Assembly: GCA_043228905.1 (NCBI GenBank)
Contig: JBHGNT010000005.1
Coordinates: 1,860,001-1,924,000 of the forward strand
DNA length: 64,000 nt
From: Azolla caroliniana
Lineage: Eukaryota; Plantae; Polypodiophyta
Reading direction: 5' to 3'
Positions 1 through 13,500 of this stretch are shown in pieces; within the stretch, counting starts at the first letter, position 1, and the number at the start of each line of letters is the position of its first letter. The notes beneath the pieces were generated by a model that was given only the letters and a program-made list of their open reading frames with translations, ran no database searches and was not told the DNA's origin. Made by a program: the position numbers and the translations under genes.

Positions 1-452
1 TATTGTCTCAATTTTTCATGTTGGGTTTGATGTTCTCATCTAGCAAAAGTCTATACATTGGTCCTCTCTGCATTTATCACTCATTGGTTGATGCTTAATG
101 GCTTACAAAGTGGTGTTAACGACTTCCCAATATATTAACCCATGTTGGATGTTGCATAGAGACCTAGCTAATACAACTATTATTGACCAATTAGTATGAA
201 GCTACATTTTGTTGGAAGTTGGTAGTTCCACAACCATTGGTTAAGTGGCTTGCCATACATGGAATCTTCAAGATCACAAGGTGTGAGTTTAAGACTAGAA
301 GATGTAAAGTCACATTAATCTTTCAAAGCTTTGTATCCATGTACACCTTTAGGGAAAGGAGTGAGTTTCCAACTAGTCGTGCCTTGGTGTCTCCCATAAC
401 AATCAATTGTTTGGGTATCATCTTTCTATTTTATTTTCACTAAGGTGTTACA
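1..452 (+). mobile_element. Possible degenerate LTR 3' end
   Basis: Ends in a T-rich tract plus GGTGTTACA, resembling Ty3/Gypsy LTR termini. No other support. Confidence 0.25.
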
Positions 453-1034
453 AAAAGCAAAATACCACAAGTGCATAAAAGTACACATCAACTAAAAAGG
501 AAATAGTTACTTTGACATTGGCCATAAATAGAACTGATGTGCAATGGTAAGAATTGTTGTGCAAGAGACAATTGTAAATAGTATTGATGAATATGTACTC
601 CATTTTATGAAAATGTTCAACTATGTTTTCACCATTTTGTTACATTAAATGATGGGTAAAAATTGTTTAGGCAATAAAGCTAAACATATCATTTTCTTTT
701 TCATCTCACAAATTTCGTAAGCTGCTCACTCACCTACTGGCAATGAACCATATTCTCAACTGGAAGTCATCTTCAGATTGACTTGAAATCTTTTCTCTAA
801 CGTTGATCCAGCAATGCAGTATTGGCTCCATATATATTGTTGAATAAAATTTATGATCTACATGGATTGTGTAGGTCTTTTATTTCCTCTTTTTTTCTTT
901 TGGATGCGGGGTAGTTCTGATTCTATACGTGGCAACCAGGCCAGAGGTGGGGCTTGAACTTCCAACCTGTAGAATAATACAAGGCAAGAACCTGAACCTC
1001 AGTATAACTTGTTAAACATTTGACATTCCTTAGT

Positions 1035-4000
1035 TCATTTGCCATTACTCAGTTCAAGTTTCAATGATAGTATCTCCATGGGAAATAGATTGATCACTCC
1101 CTTCTTCCCACCAAACCCTACACGCTGCTTCCTCCCCAAAGACTCTTCACTAAGCTCATAATGTAAGTTGTCATGCACTAGATTTAGAGATGATACTTTT
1201 GCATTCTTCACATGGAGATTTTTAAAAATATCAAATAAATCAAGCCTTCCACCATTATCACCCACATCACTGCAATGTAACTGGTCCTTTTTGTGATATG
1301 AAACATCCCATCCCTTTCGATGTATGGTAAGAGCATACTTCGCGGTTGCCTTTGACCTCAAGAATTCTAGAGGCTGTGGAACCTTCAGAGATACTATATG
1401 AAAATCACACGGAAATTCTACTGCCAATGGTGAGAAGGTTTTACGGAGTGAACTGCTCCTTGCTTCCAAGGCATTCTCCACCTTGCTGAGGAATTTGTGT
1501 ACCGGGTAGCTTAGCTGCATTGATACGCGATGAGAAAGGAGGGATGGCATATGGGTAGCAGATGCTATAATAGGTTGCAATACTCGATCACTTCTTTCAA
1601 ATAATAGATGGAAATGAGCATCCATCGGCCGATTATCAAGTATTCCTTGCCCAAGACCTCTATCATCATCTCGCATTAACCTCCTATCAAGCATTACCTC
1701 CAATGCCCCTGTTTTTAAGCTTGCCACACCAAGTGCCTGATGAGAGTGAATAGAAAAACGGTGCCCATCTCTCCCTTGTATAAATGCAAGTGATGGCATT
1801 GGATAATAGTTACCTTGGAGAGGAATTTTCTCTCTATTTTCTCTAGCTATGGTTTGGAAACCATTAAGGTCAGAAAAGAAGGTATTGCTGGTATCCAGAT
1901 CCGTTTCATATCTGACTATTAACTCCTTGTCATCATATTGATGGTCTAGCAATTCCACATGGTATTCCATCTCCACTGAAAACACTTGGATAGAGTCTTT
2001 TCCATTATAAAGACGAGCCTTGCGACTGCATGGAGAGGGATTCCAATCACTCTTTGGTTGTGTATAAACCTCCTGCATCAAAGGCCCTGTAGTCACAATG
2101 AGTGACCCACCTGATTGAATTATGGACTTGGCTTCCCCCACAGGTTTAAAGAGATATGCTCCACTTCCACGACTTGAATAAAAAGCGATGTCTTCCTTTA
2201 AACTCAATCTGGTTCCATCTTCCAAGTTCTTTACATATACGAGTTGACCATGTTCAACAGAAAAGGCCAAGCTCTGATGTTGGTTATGTATTGTGACAAT
2301 CTCTTCTTCTATTTTTGTGCACACATACGGGGAAGGGCAAGAGAAGGCTGGTGGTAAGTTAAAGATCTTTACTTGTGCGAGCTCTGCGGGCTTACAAGAT
2401 GGCAAATTCTTGGCAGAAGAAATGAAGAATGTTTGAAAGCCCAAAGATGGGATATCTGCATGCCAATGCAGCCTGTGTTTTGCATGGTTACCATCGCCAA
2501 CAACCCACTCTGGACTAACCTGACTCTCTACAGGTTCCCAATTGGAATCAACTATACATATATCAGTCGTTTCCACAGGAAGCATCATAACCTGTTTCAG
2601 TGTTTCTTCAAGAGGATTGTAAATAACTACTCTCTGGACTTTGCCAGAGCTGATATCAACCACATTCCTAACTGGAATCATATCATGTGCTTTCCTGTTG
2701 ACCTCAGGCATAAACATATCCAAATCTGCACTTTGAGGTTTGGCATCTCTTTTTCCAAGTAATGCACCTACTGCTTGTGCCATAAATGTTTCTAGATCTA
2801 GGAGAGCTGAGTGCATCCTTATTGCATAATCCAATACCACATGGTTTTTTGCTGTACCAGTTATCCCATCATGATGCTGAAACAATGCAAGATTTCTCCG
2901 AGCCGAGATTAGTTTTGGACTAAAAGCCAAAGGGAAAGCATCTAGATCTGATCCTTGACAATATGCCAAAGAGAGTGAAAACAAGATGTCTGCGGCCCGC
3001 AATGTCTCCTCTAAAATCCGGTCTATGGACTTATAGAAAGGCCTTGTTACATAATATCCACTCCAGTAATCCTGTACCCTATCTGCATAAGTAAAAAAAT
3101 CTCCTGACAATGATGGGAACTTTGACTTGTCCTTTTCTGCATCCATTTCCGCTTTCGCAGCTGTGAAGTAGTCTTCTAATGACCCAAACTGTACTTCTGC
3201 TTTGAATTGGGGGTGTGTATTAATGTGATCAAAGATCTTCTGGTAGTTCTCAAACTGTATATCTGCTTCTCCATGTGTGATATAGCGAAAATCATCTCCA
3301 AGGGGAACCAGGAGAGTATTGGTCTTGTACAAGGTAGACTTTTTCCTATACTGGTCTAATAATTTCTCAGATCTCTCATGAACATTATTTATAGTTATTC
3401 TTTGTGGATCGTATCCCCACGGACAACGCTGTGCAGAACCATACCCTGGTAAACGCCAGTAGTCAAATTGGCAGCATATAGCTGGCTCTGGACCACATGT
3501 ATGCGGAATGTCATACGAATAAAATGGCATCATATGGCAGAAAATATCTGTAGTATTGGATACATCCCAGCTTTGCCTCCAGAAAAATTCCAAATTCTGT
3601 TGCTGTGCAAGAGCTTTCTTTACCTCATAGTGGGTCCTCTGAATGAGCATATTCTCAAAACCCATTCTTTTCAATAGATATGCCATGGTTGGTGAATGTC
3701 CAAAGGGATCAATAGCCCATGCATTCTTTGGGATGACACCCACAGTGTTTAGAAGCCAAAGATTTCCCTCTGTTATCTGCAATATATGGGAGATATCTTA
3801 GTCCTGATGGTAGGAGCAACCATTACATTGTTCAAATAAGCTTTATATGGAATGGATATGGGAACATACCTGTTCAATGATAGCATAATAATGAGAGTTT
3901 GCCTGATACACATCAACATAACCCATACTTTGATTAGAAAACTAAATTGCGGCCAAGGTGATTTGATATAAATAAACCAAATTGAACTTTTCAGAAAAGA

Positions 4001-6366
4001 ACATGAAACGTGGTGCTACATGAGACTATTTTTAGTAAGTCTAAATTGAACTTTCTCGATGGAAGGAAAAATGAAATGTATTACTAGATGATATCAGATG
4101 TACTGGATAGTTCAATACTGACAAAAAACTTTTCATTCAGCCATATTTGAGGGTTGACATATGAGACAACACATGCTCTAGGTGTAAACCATACAGCTTG
4201 GCACAAGTATGTGCAACCAGTTAACAATGAAACACTGAAAGGAACACTGGTCTTTAGGGGAAATCTAAATTTCATGTGTATTTAACAATTCCATTTCAAC
4301 AGGTTTTGTAATCTTAAACAAGGTTTTTGGGAATCCATTCTGTATCAAATCTCCAACCATGAGAAATTCTAGCCAAATTGACAGACCCATTGAGTTTTGC
4401 TGCATTCTGGAAGTTCCAGTTCAAGGATATAGTCATGCAAGAGATGCACTCGGCTACCCATCAACTATAGAAAGAACAAACTAATATGAAACCTGGACCA
4501 AAGACTTTACGTAAACAAAATCTAAATAGAAAGCACACATACTTCATCATTCATGACCCAGCCACCACCAACGATTTCAAGTTGTCCATTCTTTACTAGT
4601 TTAATAAAAGCTTCCTTTTCAGAATGGGATGCATCTCTCCACCACCTTTCCAAATAGGACATTTCTTCCCATATAAATTTCCTTCTCTTATCCTGCAGAA
4701 AATATAGTGACAATATCAAGAACCCACAATAGTTAGTAGCTTAAGCTAAGACGCACACTTCAATGATAATGCACACTTCAAGTTATGTTTTAACACATTA
4801 ATCTTTTTTTAGGTGTTTTATTTACATTATTCTGCTAATATCACTTGTGGATAAATTGTTATCTACCACAGCTTCCAGTTCACACTCCTCCATTTACATA
4901 TATATCAATATACAATATACTAGCTTGTTCAATGCCATAGAGTACATGCAATTGATCAAGAACCCATCTCTTTTTCTTTTTCAAACACCTCCCTTCTATT
5001 CTAGCTGAATGTAAAGTTGCTATTGCAAAGCCTTTGCATAAGTTATTCCACCCCGAACACATTTCATCCCCTTGAAATGCATATCACCTTCATGAAATGT
5101 TAACACTAAACATCATATAGCTATGAGCAACATACGAGAAATGTATAGGCCTATGATTAAGTAATAGGATACAGGAATTACATGCTTAAGAAGCCATATT
5201 TTCAGTGTTGTCTTGGACTGAATCAATTCACACATTTCACTTGTTCCATACTGATGTTTTCCCTATCATAAATTTTCTCAACTATTCCTAGTGTAAATCA
5301 TTAACAGAAATTAGGTCTTCATAAGTATAAATTATCTTCAGTACTCTTTAGTGAACTACCTTTTGATCATGAGGCCTTTTCTGGAGCTAATGAAATTATA
5401 TCAAGTTAATCAAAAGGTCGAAAAAGAAAGTAAGGCAGTATTCATGACAGCATTGATCTTTAATATGAGATTGATGAGTATTCAGAAAAAATACTAAACA
5501 TGTTTCTAGAATCATGACCAGTTTCTTCATGAGGAGGTATTCTCAAAAAAAACCACAATGGTGGTATCATAGCATAATTAAATGCAAGTCTAGTAATGTT
5601 GAATCTGCAAACACGAAAGAAAATAAGTATATGCTCTGAAAACAAATAAACAATCACTTTCAAACACAGACCTTCAATTACATAGGATCAATAAAAACAT
5701 CAATTTTTGTACTACAATTCAATGAAGGGAAGGTGAATGTGCTCTAAATGTTCTCGTCCCTGTCTTGAATCCCAATCATATAGCATTATATATATAACTG
5801 CTCTTAAAAACTCAAAGAATTAATAAAAGAAATTTGAACAAAAGATTCACCTTGCTAAGAGCAGCAACAATGGTGGAGAGGATGTTGCGTGATCTCTCTT
5901 GATAGTATTCTTCAACAGTGCGAAGCCAACCAGGGTCATTATGAGAGTGGGGAACAACAAATACTCTAAGCTTCTTTTTATCCCATTCATCTCCCCTATA
6001 CTTCACATCCCATCCTTGTTTCCAAGCACCACCATCAAGGTCTCTGAACTCAATTTCATCATAAAGCTCGCTCATCTGTATATCTACTCTAGCTTCTTTA
6101 ACTTCGGTGGCATTCAGTAGAGTTAAGGAAGAAACATATGCCTGCAAAGAAGATGATGTCGACGAAGAGCGAGTGAGCAAAGTGTGAGGAAACCCGATCT
6201 TGAAAATGGCTATGGAAGAGATGGCAATAGCGAACAAGACGAGGGTTCTGATCTGTTTGGTAATGCAATCCTTCTTAAAGATCCAAGCACGGCGTCTGAT
6301 CTTGCTCTTCGGTTTGGTCTGAGGGAGGAGCAGGGGCCGTCTCTGGGTAGAGCTTGAGGCCGCCAT
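1035..6366 (-). CDS. GMII: Golgi alpha-mannosidase II (GH38); 4 exons: 6366-5851, 4692-4543, 3902-3870, 3776-1035 (~1146 aa)
   Basis: Type II membrane N-terminus. GH38 motifs [64 protein letters not shown] junctions keep the frame. Confidence 0.96.
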
Positions 6367-7429
6367 GGAAGCTGGGAACAGAACAGAACAGAATGAAAGA
6401 AAGAAAGAGAGGACCAGCAAAACGTAAGATGTCTCTGTAAAACTGTAATGCATAGGAAAGTAGTATAAGAAAATTACAGAAATGACTCTGCATCATCAAG
6501 TCTTGCCATTAACTTCAATTAATCATCATTAGCATCATTGTCAATGCATCCTCTTGACTCTTAGCTTACACTAATCCTTCTTCGTACCAATTAGCTCTTC
6601 AATTAATCGTCACAAATGCTTGGTTTGCCCCGTGCTGGCATTCAAGCATTGAATGTTTAAATGGGACCAAGTGGACGTCTCATTTGTTTGTAATCAATAG
6701 TTCTAAGGAAGGCTTGTCATGGATTATGGTATTGTGCCTTTGAAGTATGAACATGCCCATGTGATGGTCTAGGTTGGACTATGTCCAAAGATGTGTGGTA
6801 TGTGGGGGACAAACTTTGTGTCATACAAATCTCAAAGTCACATCAATATAGTGAATGGGAGACATGACTCGAGTCTAACAACCAATGAAGTGTTGTCATG
6901 TGGGGCCTTTGTTGAAATTGAGGGTGAGGCCCCACATTGGACAATTGTAATGATGATTAAAAAACATATGGTTGAATACCAAACCATGAAAGAGGTTAGC
7001 AATCCTAATGTGCCATGATCCAATGCATCACTTTTGATTGGACCGGTTATTTGGGAGCGAAAACAATATGCATTGGCTTGTAGAGCCATATAATCCCCAT
7101 TACAACTTTTTGTTAAAATCAACATATTATCATGTGAAACATGTTAGAACAACTCAATACAATTACCTTGGTGTGTCAATTTAACCTAAAAGTACCTCCT
7201 TCAATTTGAGTTTGAGTTAACTTGTCTAACTCATTTTTAACAAGTCTTTCCATATGTTAGATTTGTCCTATATTTGTTTACTTGTATAGGGACATGGACA
7301 TCATCATGGTTCAAATTGATTTTGGGAGTAAATAATGTATTCAAATCTCACCTTGTTACCGAATCATCTTGAGGAGTATTATATCACGCTAACATACAAA
7401 GCTTAATGGTGTTATAAAATGTAAGGACT

Positions 7430-7677
7430 TGTTTGATCAAATTACTATAAATTATTCCTAGGACACTCATCAATAGGAGTAAGAAAGACATTAGGAAAAG
7501 AGCAAAGAATATGTTCGATCAAATTGCTATAAATTATTCCTAGGACACTCATCAACAGGAGTGAGAATGACATTAGGGAAAGAGCAAAGAATATGTTTGA
7601 TCAAATTGTTATAAATTATTCCTAGGACACCCATCAACAGCGGTGAGAAAGACATTAGGAAAAGAGCACAGAATATG
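7430..7677. repeat. Tandem repeat, 3 x 82 bp
   Basis: Unit TGTTTGATCAAATT..TATAAATTATTCCTAGGACACTCATCAA..GACATTAGGAAAAGAGCAAAGAATA starts at 7430, 7512 and 7594. Confidence 0.92.
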
Positions 7678-8358
7678 GGGGAAAGGGTGTGATGAAGAAA
7701 ATATGGAGATCGGAGGTGGATATTATGAAGAACTTTTGTTGTTGATAAATCACCTTTTCAAAAACCACCATGGAAAGATAAATAAAAAGACAAGGCCATT
7801 CTTTCTTAAAGATGCTTTTGTTTGGTTCGCTGAACCTATGTTTCATATGCGGGGAGTGGACCGCCAATATGAGCTGTTTGCATAAAACACAATTGAATCG
7901 ATCAAAAGAAAAGACAAACAAACAAAGAAGAAGAAGAAGAAAAATCATCCAAAACAAGCATGGAAGCAAAAACTAACTTTTTGGAACACCGCAATAAGTT
8001 TCATTGAAATACGCCGATGTGATGCCTTCAAGTAAAAATGGAGAATGGATATCATGCTTTAGAGCATATCACTGTCTATACATATTCCATAATCTGCAGT
8101 CCACATGATCACATATTGCAAGTCAACAGAGCCTGCCTGATAACTTGACATGATAGAGGTGTTTAATACCATCCAAAAGGTCATAAAACAGGGCCCCCAG
8201 TTACCCTTAAGACTCGGGAAATGGTTCTGATTCCTTGTTTCTGGACCAAGATCTCTCAGAGATCATTTTGAGTATATTGCCCTGCATATATTCGTTCCAT
8301 TTCGCATACTCTATAAGAACCTTGGGCATAATAAATCACATACCCAAAAGCCCCTTTT

Positions 8359-10428
8359 CTAACCAACTGCCTCATTAAGCATACTTTTTACATTTTCCTC
8401 TACTTGCCCAGCACCGAGGAGATCATTTTTCATGTGATATGAACCCTTGAAAAAAGACCATAATATCCGAGACATGTTCTCTTGTGGTGTGACCGTTGGT
8501 TTCTCCTCAATTTGCTTCCTTAGATTCTCTTCACATCCAGGTTGAAGCATAAATGCTAGCTCTCTCAAGAAGATCTCGTGTTCAGGGATCCAATTTCGAG
8601 GCAAAGGCGTTAAATCTACATCCGGTGATTGAGAGATTTTATGGAACTCGATCCCGGGTATTTCCCCCTCAACAAAGCCTTTCTTCATCATCCTTTTGAA
8701 ATGTTCTGAAAGACCTTTCTTATCCTTGATTGGCAAGCTCAAATCTCCACTGCCAACCTTATACACTTGGGCTCTTGAACGAAGCTTATACTTTGCCGCA
8801 TACATTTTCGCCACTGAGGATCGAAGGATGAATTGGCAAAAATTGGAGGCTTTTTTCCTATTGTCAGCATATCGAAACCACTCGGCCAAATGCTCAAGGA
8901 TGTTGTTGATTTGAGCATTAGTTATGGATTGTGGTGCATGGAAAAGGCGGAAGCAAGGTTGGGCATCCGTTTTTCCCTTAAGAAATCCGATCCTTCGAAG
9001 ATGTGCCATGCACGACTCCAAGCTAACCGTCATCGAAAGAACACTTCCTAAGACTTTAGTTCGGATAAACTTCCCTTCCGGTGTGGTGCGTCGGATCAAG
9101 ATTTGCTTCACTCTCCTCGAAATCACATGGTCTAGAAAGACGATTCCTTTCTTCACGTGAATAAGCTTCGAGGCTTCTTCGCTGATCTTCAATTTGAGGT
9201 CATTCTGACAAAAATCTAGAATCCTTTGCCTCATTTCAATGGCATCAGCTCTTGGACCTCGAAAAGCTACCAAAATTTGGGTACCATATCTTATATAGTC
9301 CATTCGTCGAGTTTTTACAACCCCGGGTGCAGCTGGGATGAACTGAACAAAAGCATCGCCCTCATCCATTACTTCATCCTCTATGTTCCAAATCGAGTCC
9401 GATTGGGATACTCTGAGATACTCTTTGATCCTCCTCTCCATCCATCGATCTAATTGATCAAAATATATATTCAAAAGAAGTGAGCTAAGCCCGCCACAAG
9501 CACCCCAGGTAGGATTTCTTGCAATCTCACTGGGTGCAAATCCAAAAAAGCTCTCCAACCAATAAGGGTCAGGTTTGGGGCCACCTTCATCGATCCTTTT
9601 CTTCCATTCTTTCTTATTTTTCGGCTTGCTTGGCTTTGGCAAAGGAGGTGGCGGGTCAGTCATAACACCTGACTTGATAACACTGAGAACTTTCTTATCT
9701 TTAACTGCATGAAACATGGCTTGCATGAGGATACCAGGCCTCACAGTATCCAAAGAATCGCTAAAATCACATTTGAAATACCAAACATAGCCAGGGAAAG
9801 ACCGTCGAATGACTCGAAGGGCAGTATGGGCGTCTCTGCCTGGTCGAAAACCATGGGATTTTGGTGAGAATCGGGATTCGTAGATTGGGTCCAGAATCAT
9901 CAAGAGAACCTCTTGCACAATCCGATCTTGGAAGACCGGGGATGCATGAATCCTCGATAGATACTTCTTCCTCCTTGTCGATCCCATCTCATCCAAAACC
10001 TCTTTCTCTCCAGGGGAAATTATAAATATCTTGCCATAACCTCCCCACACGAATTCCTTTTGAATCACCGATTCACTCAGCATCTCAAGGTTGAGCAGAA
10101 CTACTCTGTCATAGGCACTCTCATTGGAATACGAACCAACAAATTCCATGCATACTTTTTGATACGCTGCAAACCATAGCTCTTGCTTCTTCAGCAGAGG
10201 AGATAAACCTTCATAGGATTTGTTCTTGTTCTTGAAGCAGCTTATCCACCAATCAGTGCATATCTTCATTCCATCTAATCTTCTCCCAGAGCTATGGTGA
10301 GTGGGTGGCCTGTTTCGTTGTTGAAGAAAGCTGCTATAGGTGCGAACAGGCGAAAGGTAAGGGGCAATCTTCAAGCGAGCTCGGTTGGTTGAGAAGATGA
10401 AAAAGAAGCTTCGTTGGAGTTTCTGCAT
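8359..10428 (-). CDS. nMAT2: Nuclear-encoded group II intron maturase (degenerate RT plus X domain, no endonuclease domain), nMAT2-like, intronless, probably mitochondrial
   Basis: Motifs FQDRIVQEVLLMILDPIYESRFS, HGFRPGR, PKPDPYWLESFFGFAP, MDYIRYG and AKMYAAKYKLRSRA match my recollection of plant nMAT2. R/S/F-rich presequence-like N-terminus. First in-frame ATG at 10428. Confidence 0.9.
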   Translation of the reverse strand: MQKLQRSFFFIFSTNRARLKIAPYLSPVRTYSSFLQQRNRPPTHHSSGRRLDGMKICTDWWISCFKNKNKSYEGLSPLLKKQELWFAAYQKVCMEFVGSYSNESAYDRVVLLNLEMLSESVIQKEFVWGGYGKIFIISPGEKEVLDEMGSTRRKKYLSRIHASPVFQDRIVQEVLLMILDPIYESRFSPKSHGFRPGRDAHTALRVIRRSFPGYVWYFKCDFSDSLDTVRPGILMQAMFHAVKDKKVLSVIKSGVMTDPPPPLPKPSKPKNKKEWKKRIDEGGPKPDPYWLESFFGFAPSEIARNPTWGACGGLSSLLLNIYFDQLDRWMERRIKEYLRVSQSDSIWNIEDEVMDEGDAFVQFIPAAPGVVKTRRMDYIRYGTQILVAFRGPRADAIEMRQRILDFCQNDLKLKISEEASKLIHVKKGIVFLDHVISRRVKQILIRRTTPEGKFIRTKVLGSVLSMTVSLESCMAHLRRIGFLKGKTDAQPCFRLFHAPQSITNAQINNILEHLAEWFRYADNRKKASNFCQFILRSSVAKMYAAKYKLRSRAQVYKVGSGDLSLPIKDKKGLSEHFKRMMKKGFVEGEIPGIEFHKISQSPDVDLTPLPRNWIPEHEIFLRELAFMLQPGCEENLRKQIEEKPTVTPQENMSRILWSFFKGSYHMKNDLLGAGQVEENVKSMLNEAVG

Positions 10429-10539
10429 CGTAATTACCACGATTAGGAAGAAGAAGAAGAAGAAGTGGTTTCATGAATGGTCGCCATAGCGACGAGCGTT
10501 GGAGTTTCTTCTTTCTCGCTGAGAGTGAGAGACGGGGGA

Positions 10540-10568
10540 AGGGTTAGGGTTAGGGTTTAGCAGGGTTT
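10540..10568 (-). promoter_or_regulatory. Telo-box cluster upstream of the maturase
   Basis: AGGGTTAGGGTTAGGGTTTAGCAGGGTTT on + (AAACCCTAA on -), ~110-140 bp upstream of the ATG. Confidence 0.55.
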
Positions 10569-13500
10569 ATGTTTGGTGGAGGGGTGTCAACAGAATGCTT
10601 GTAGGTTTTCAAAATTAGGGTATATACCCTTGGGTATCTCAAAGTTTTCACAAATGGTCGGTCATTGTCAAGATTTCAATTTAATGTAATGGCTACATCC
10701 ATACCTAATGTGCGCCATATCCTACAAATCTTATCCTAAGAACTTGCCTTGCACTCTGGCGGGGATACAAATATCGATTTAATCCAATTGTTTGATTCAT
10801 GCCCCTCTCGACCCATTCATGTTTGTACTATGCAGTTGGCTCCGATCTTTATTGACGACTTTGTTTAGTGTTATGTGTTGCCTTAGGATGTTGTTAGCAA
10901 GGACCTCGTTGTTGCGCTAGCTTTTGTAAGGAACTCGTGATTGCCTTAGCTTGGGCAAGATGATTGCAAAATAAGCGCAATGAGTTGTCAAAACTATTGA
11001 AGATTACATAAAAATCTAGGGATACACTCGATGCATTGCCACAATGATTGTGAACATCATCATCACACAAAAACACCCAATGGTGTCAATTCGACAAATG
11101 TATTATGCATAAATGTTTGTGATGTGGAATAAGAATCATTCAACGACACTACGTGATGGTATACAAAGATACAGTAGTACATGACGTTAATTGGCACTCG
11201 CTATGCTTTAGAAACATTGGTTAGAAAGTAATGGTGGCAATCAAGGTTTTGATTCCCCGTTGATTAGAAGCATCAAGTGTGAACCTTCTATTGAGTTAGG
11301 TTAACATCAACATTTACTATAGGGAGAATGAATGTTTTTTTAACAAGTAATAACTATATGGCGAAAATAATACTTTTATAGATGTCGTAGAACACATTGT
11401 GATCATTAGGAAAGGCATACCATTCATATGAAACAATGAGTTAAGACGCGTAGCAAATTCCATAAGATAGAGCAAATTCATGTATATTAGTAAATCTTCT
11501 CGGCCTACTAAGATATTGATAAGGAAGCTCGTAAACAAACAAACCATGATGACCTCACCAAAAGGAGTCGTTGATTACATAAGCACTTCACATAATAGGC
11601 AAGCAAACATGTCTAAGATCTCAAGGCTACTTTCTCTTGTTTTGTGTGGAAAACACCACCACGACAAAGGTTGTTTGTGAATATGAACATGTTTATGCAC
11701 ATGATTTGCATTGTTTGTAAAACACACTTGATGAGAAGGTCTACAAATATTGGACGAAGTCTATACAATAAAACATTTGTAAGAACATCAAATGGTTTTC
11801 AATATCTCTTTCCAATAACAAGTATGATAGTAAGCAAAATACTTAGGATAGATGTTGTATCAACGGTTTGACTCTCTCTCTCTCTCTATATGTGTGTGTG
11901 TGTGTGTATGCATGTATGTACAATGTATGTGTATATATGCATGTATGTATGTATGCATGTATATCGACGATGATGCATAGGGAAAGACCGTAACATACTA
12001 CCTTAGACAAGAGGTAGGCCTTTCCTCGTGTATAAGTAAACATTGTAATGCAACAAGTAAGGCCATATTATGCCAAACCACACGGTGGAAGGATATGCTC
12101 ATAACATTAAGGGAGGTAGGACATTAGTGTGGATACAAAACTCATCGTGTGCTAGGAAGGTCGGACAAAACCAATGTCAAGCCACAAAAGGAACGAGGAG
12201 CCATAAAAGGAACAAGGAGAAACTGCGAACAAGTCATGGGTGGGGTATGGCTATTATAGTCAGGACTCGGTGCTCATACAAAGAAGCCTCCAATTTGGGA
12301 GAGCTTCGGACAGAAACAACCCCAAGGCCAAAATGCGGCGGGACAAAACATAAACCCTAATGTAATGTAGACAATGGACATGATAAACCCTAAGGGAGGT
12401 TGGGAAAGAGGCATCATCATAATAATAATAATAATAACAATAATAATAGAGATTAATAAATGAAAAAAGAGGAAAAATAAAAGAAGAAGACATTAGGTTT
12501 CTGAGAGAAATCCATAAGAGTTTTCTTCCTGCTGCTATACTGCTACTGCTACTGTTTTTTCTTCATCTCTTCTCTGCAGGCATTCATTTTGCTTACAGAC
12601 AAGCAAGCTCATCACCCTCATCTGATCGTCTTTCCTAAGGTATGAAGATCCCCCCTCCCTTCCCTTCTGTTTTCTGATATGATAGAAGTAACATTTACAT
12701 AATCTATGTCTTTTCTACCATCTGACGTCTATGAAAATCTTATTAGTTCTCATAGAAGGCAGTTTGGACTGTTCTTTCATATGTTCCATGTCAAATTTGG
12801 AGATTCTGTGGACATATTGAGAGTAATTTTTGCAGGTTTTGCTGTTGTAAATGATATCATTAGTGTCTGAAAGTCAGATCTCCTCTCATATACTGTAAAA
12901 TGAGTTTAAAATGATCATAAGTTCGTGAAGATGTCCTCTGTTATAAATTCCTTAATGATTTTAGAATCTCTTTGGAAGTGATTTCCCTTACAATACCTCC
13001 TTTACAGAGACAGAATTTCTCTCACAAGGTTTTGTCTTGGCAATTTTTTTTAGGTCCGTGTCTTAAGGTAGATATTGTTGCTTTTTTGTTTTGGTTGGAA
13101 GTCCGAATGTTTTTATTTTGCAATCTGATTTCCCATCAGTAAACTGTTAATTGAGGTTTGGCAAGATTAAATATGGAGAAGAAGAAAAAGAGCCCTTAGA
13201 AGACTTTACTAGTTTAATTCAGTTTAGGCTAGTAGACAGCTAAGCATTGAAGTATATTCAGTTGAGATCATTGTGCAGTATTACACTAAACATGCAGTGA
13301 TGTCTTATGCTTACATCATAATGACAAGCATATCAATATGACTGCCCTGAATTCCATGATAAATTCACTTTTTGTAACTATCATACAATTATGCTGCCCT
13401 AGCTAGTATTGAGTATTCTATTATCAGAATTTAATGAAGCGTATTCATCTAGTGAACGGTGCCTTAGTCTATGACCATAACTAACAGAGTAATCTTCAAT

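Noticed and set aside
7430-7677. CRISPR-like array (also considered for 48321-48504)
   Set aside because: Units are contiguous with no unique spacers, there are no cas genes, and the context is eukaryotic.
10640-11860. Degenerate transposase-like text (also 6560-7400)
   Set aside because: Only vague coding-like fragments with many stops. No motif I can assign without a search.
12340-12400. Telomerase RNA template candidate (AAACCCTAA)
   Set aside because: No upstream USE/TATA Pol III promoter is visible. Telo-box is the simpler reading.
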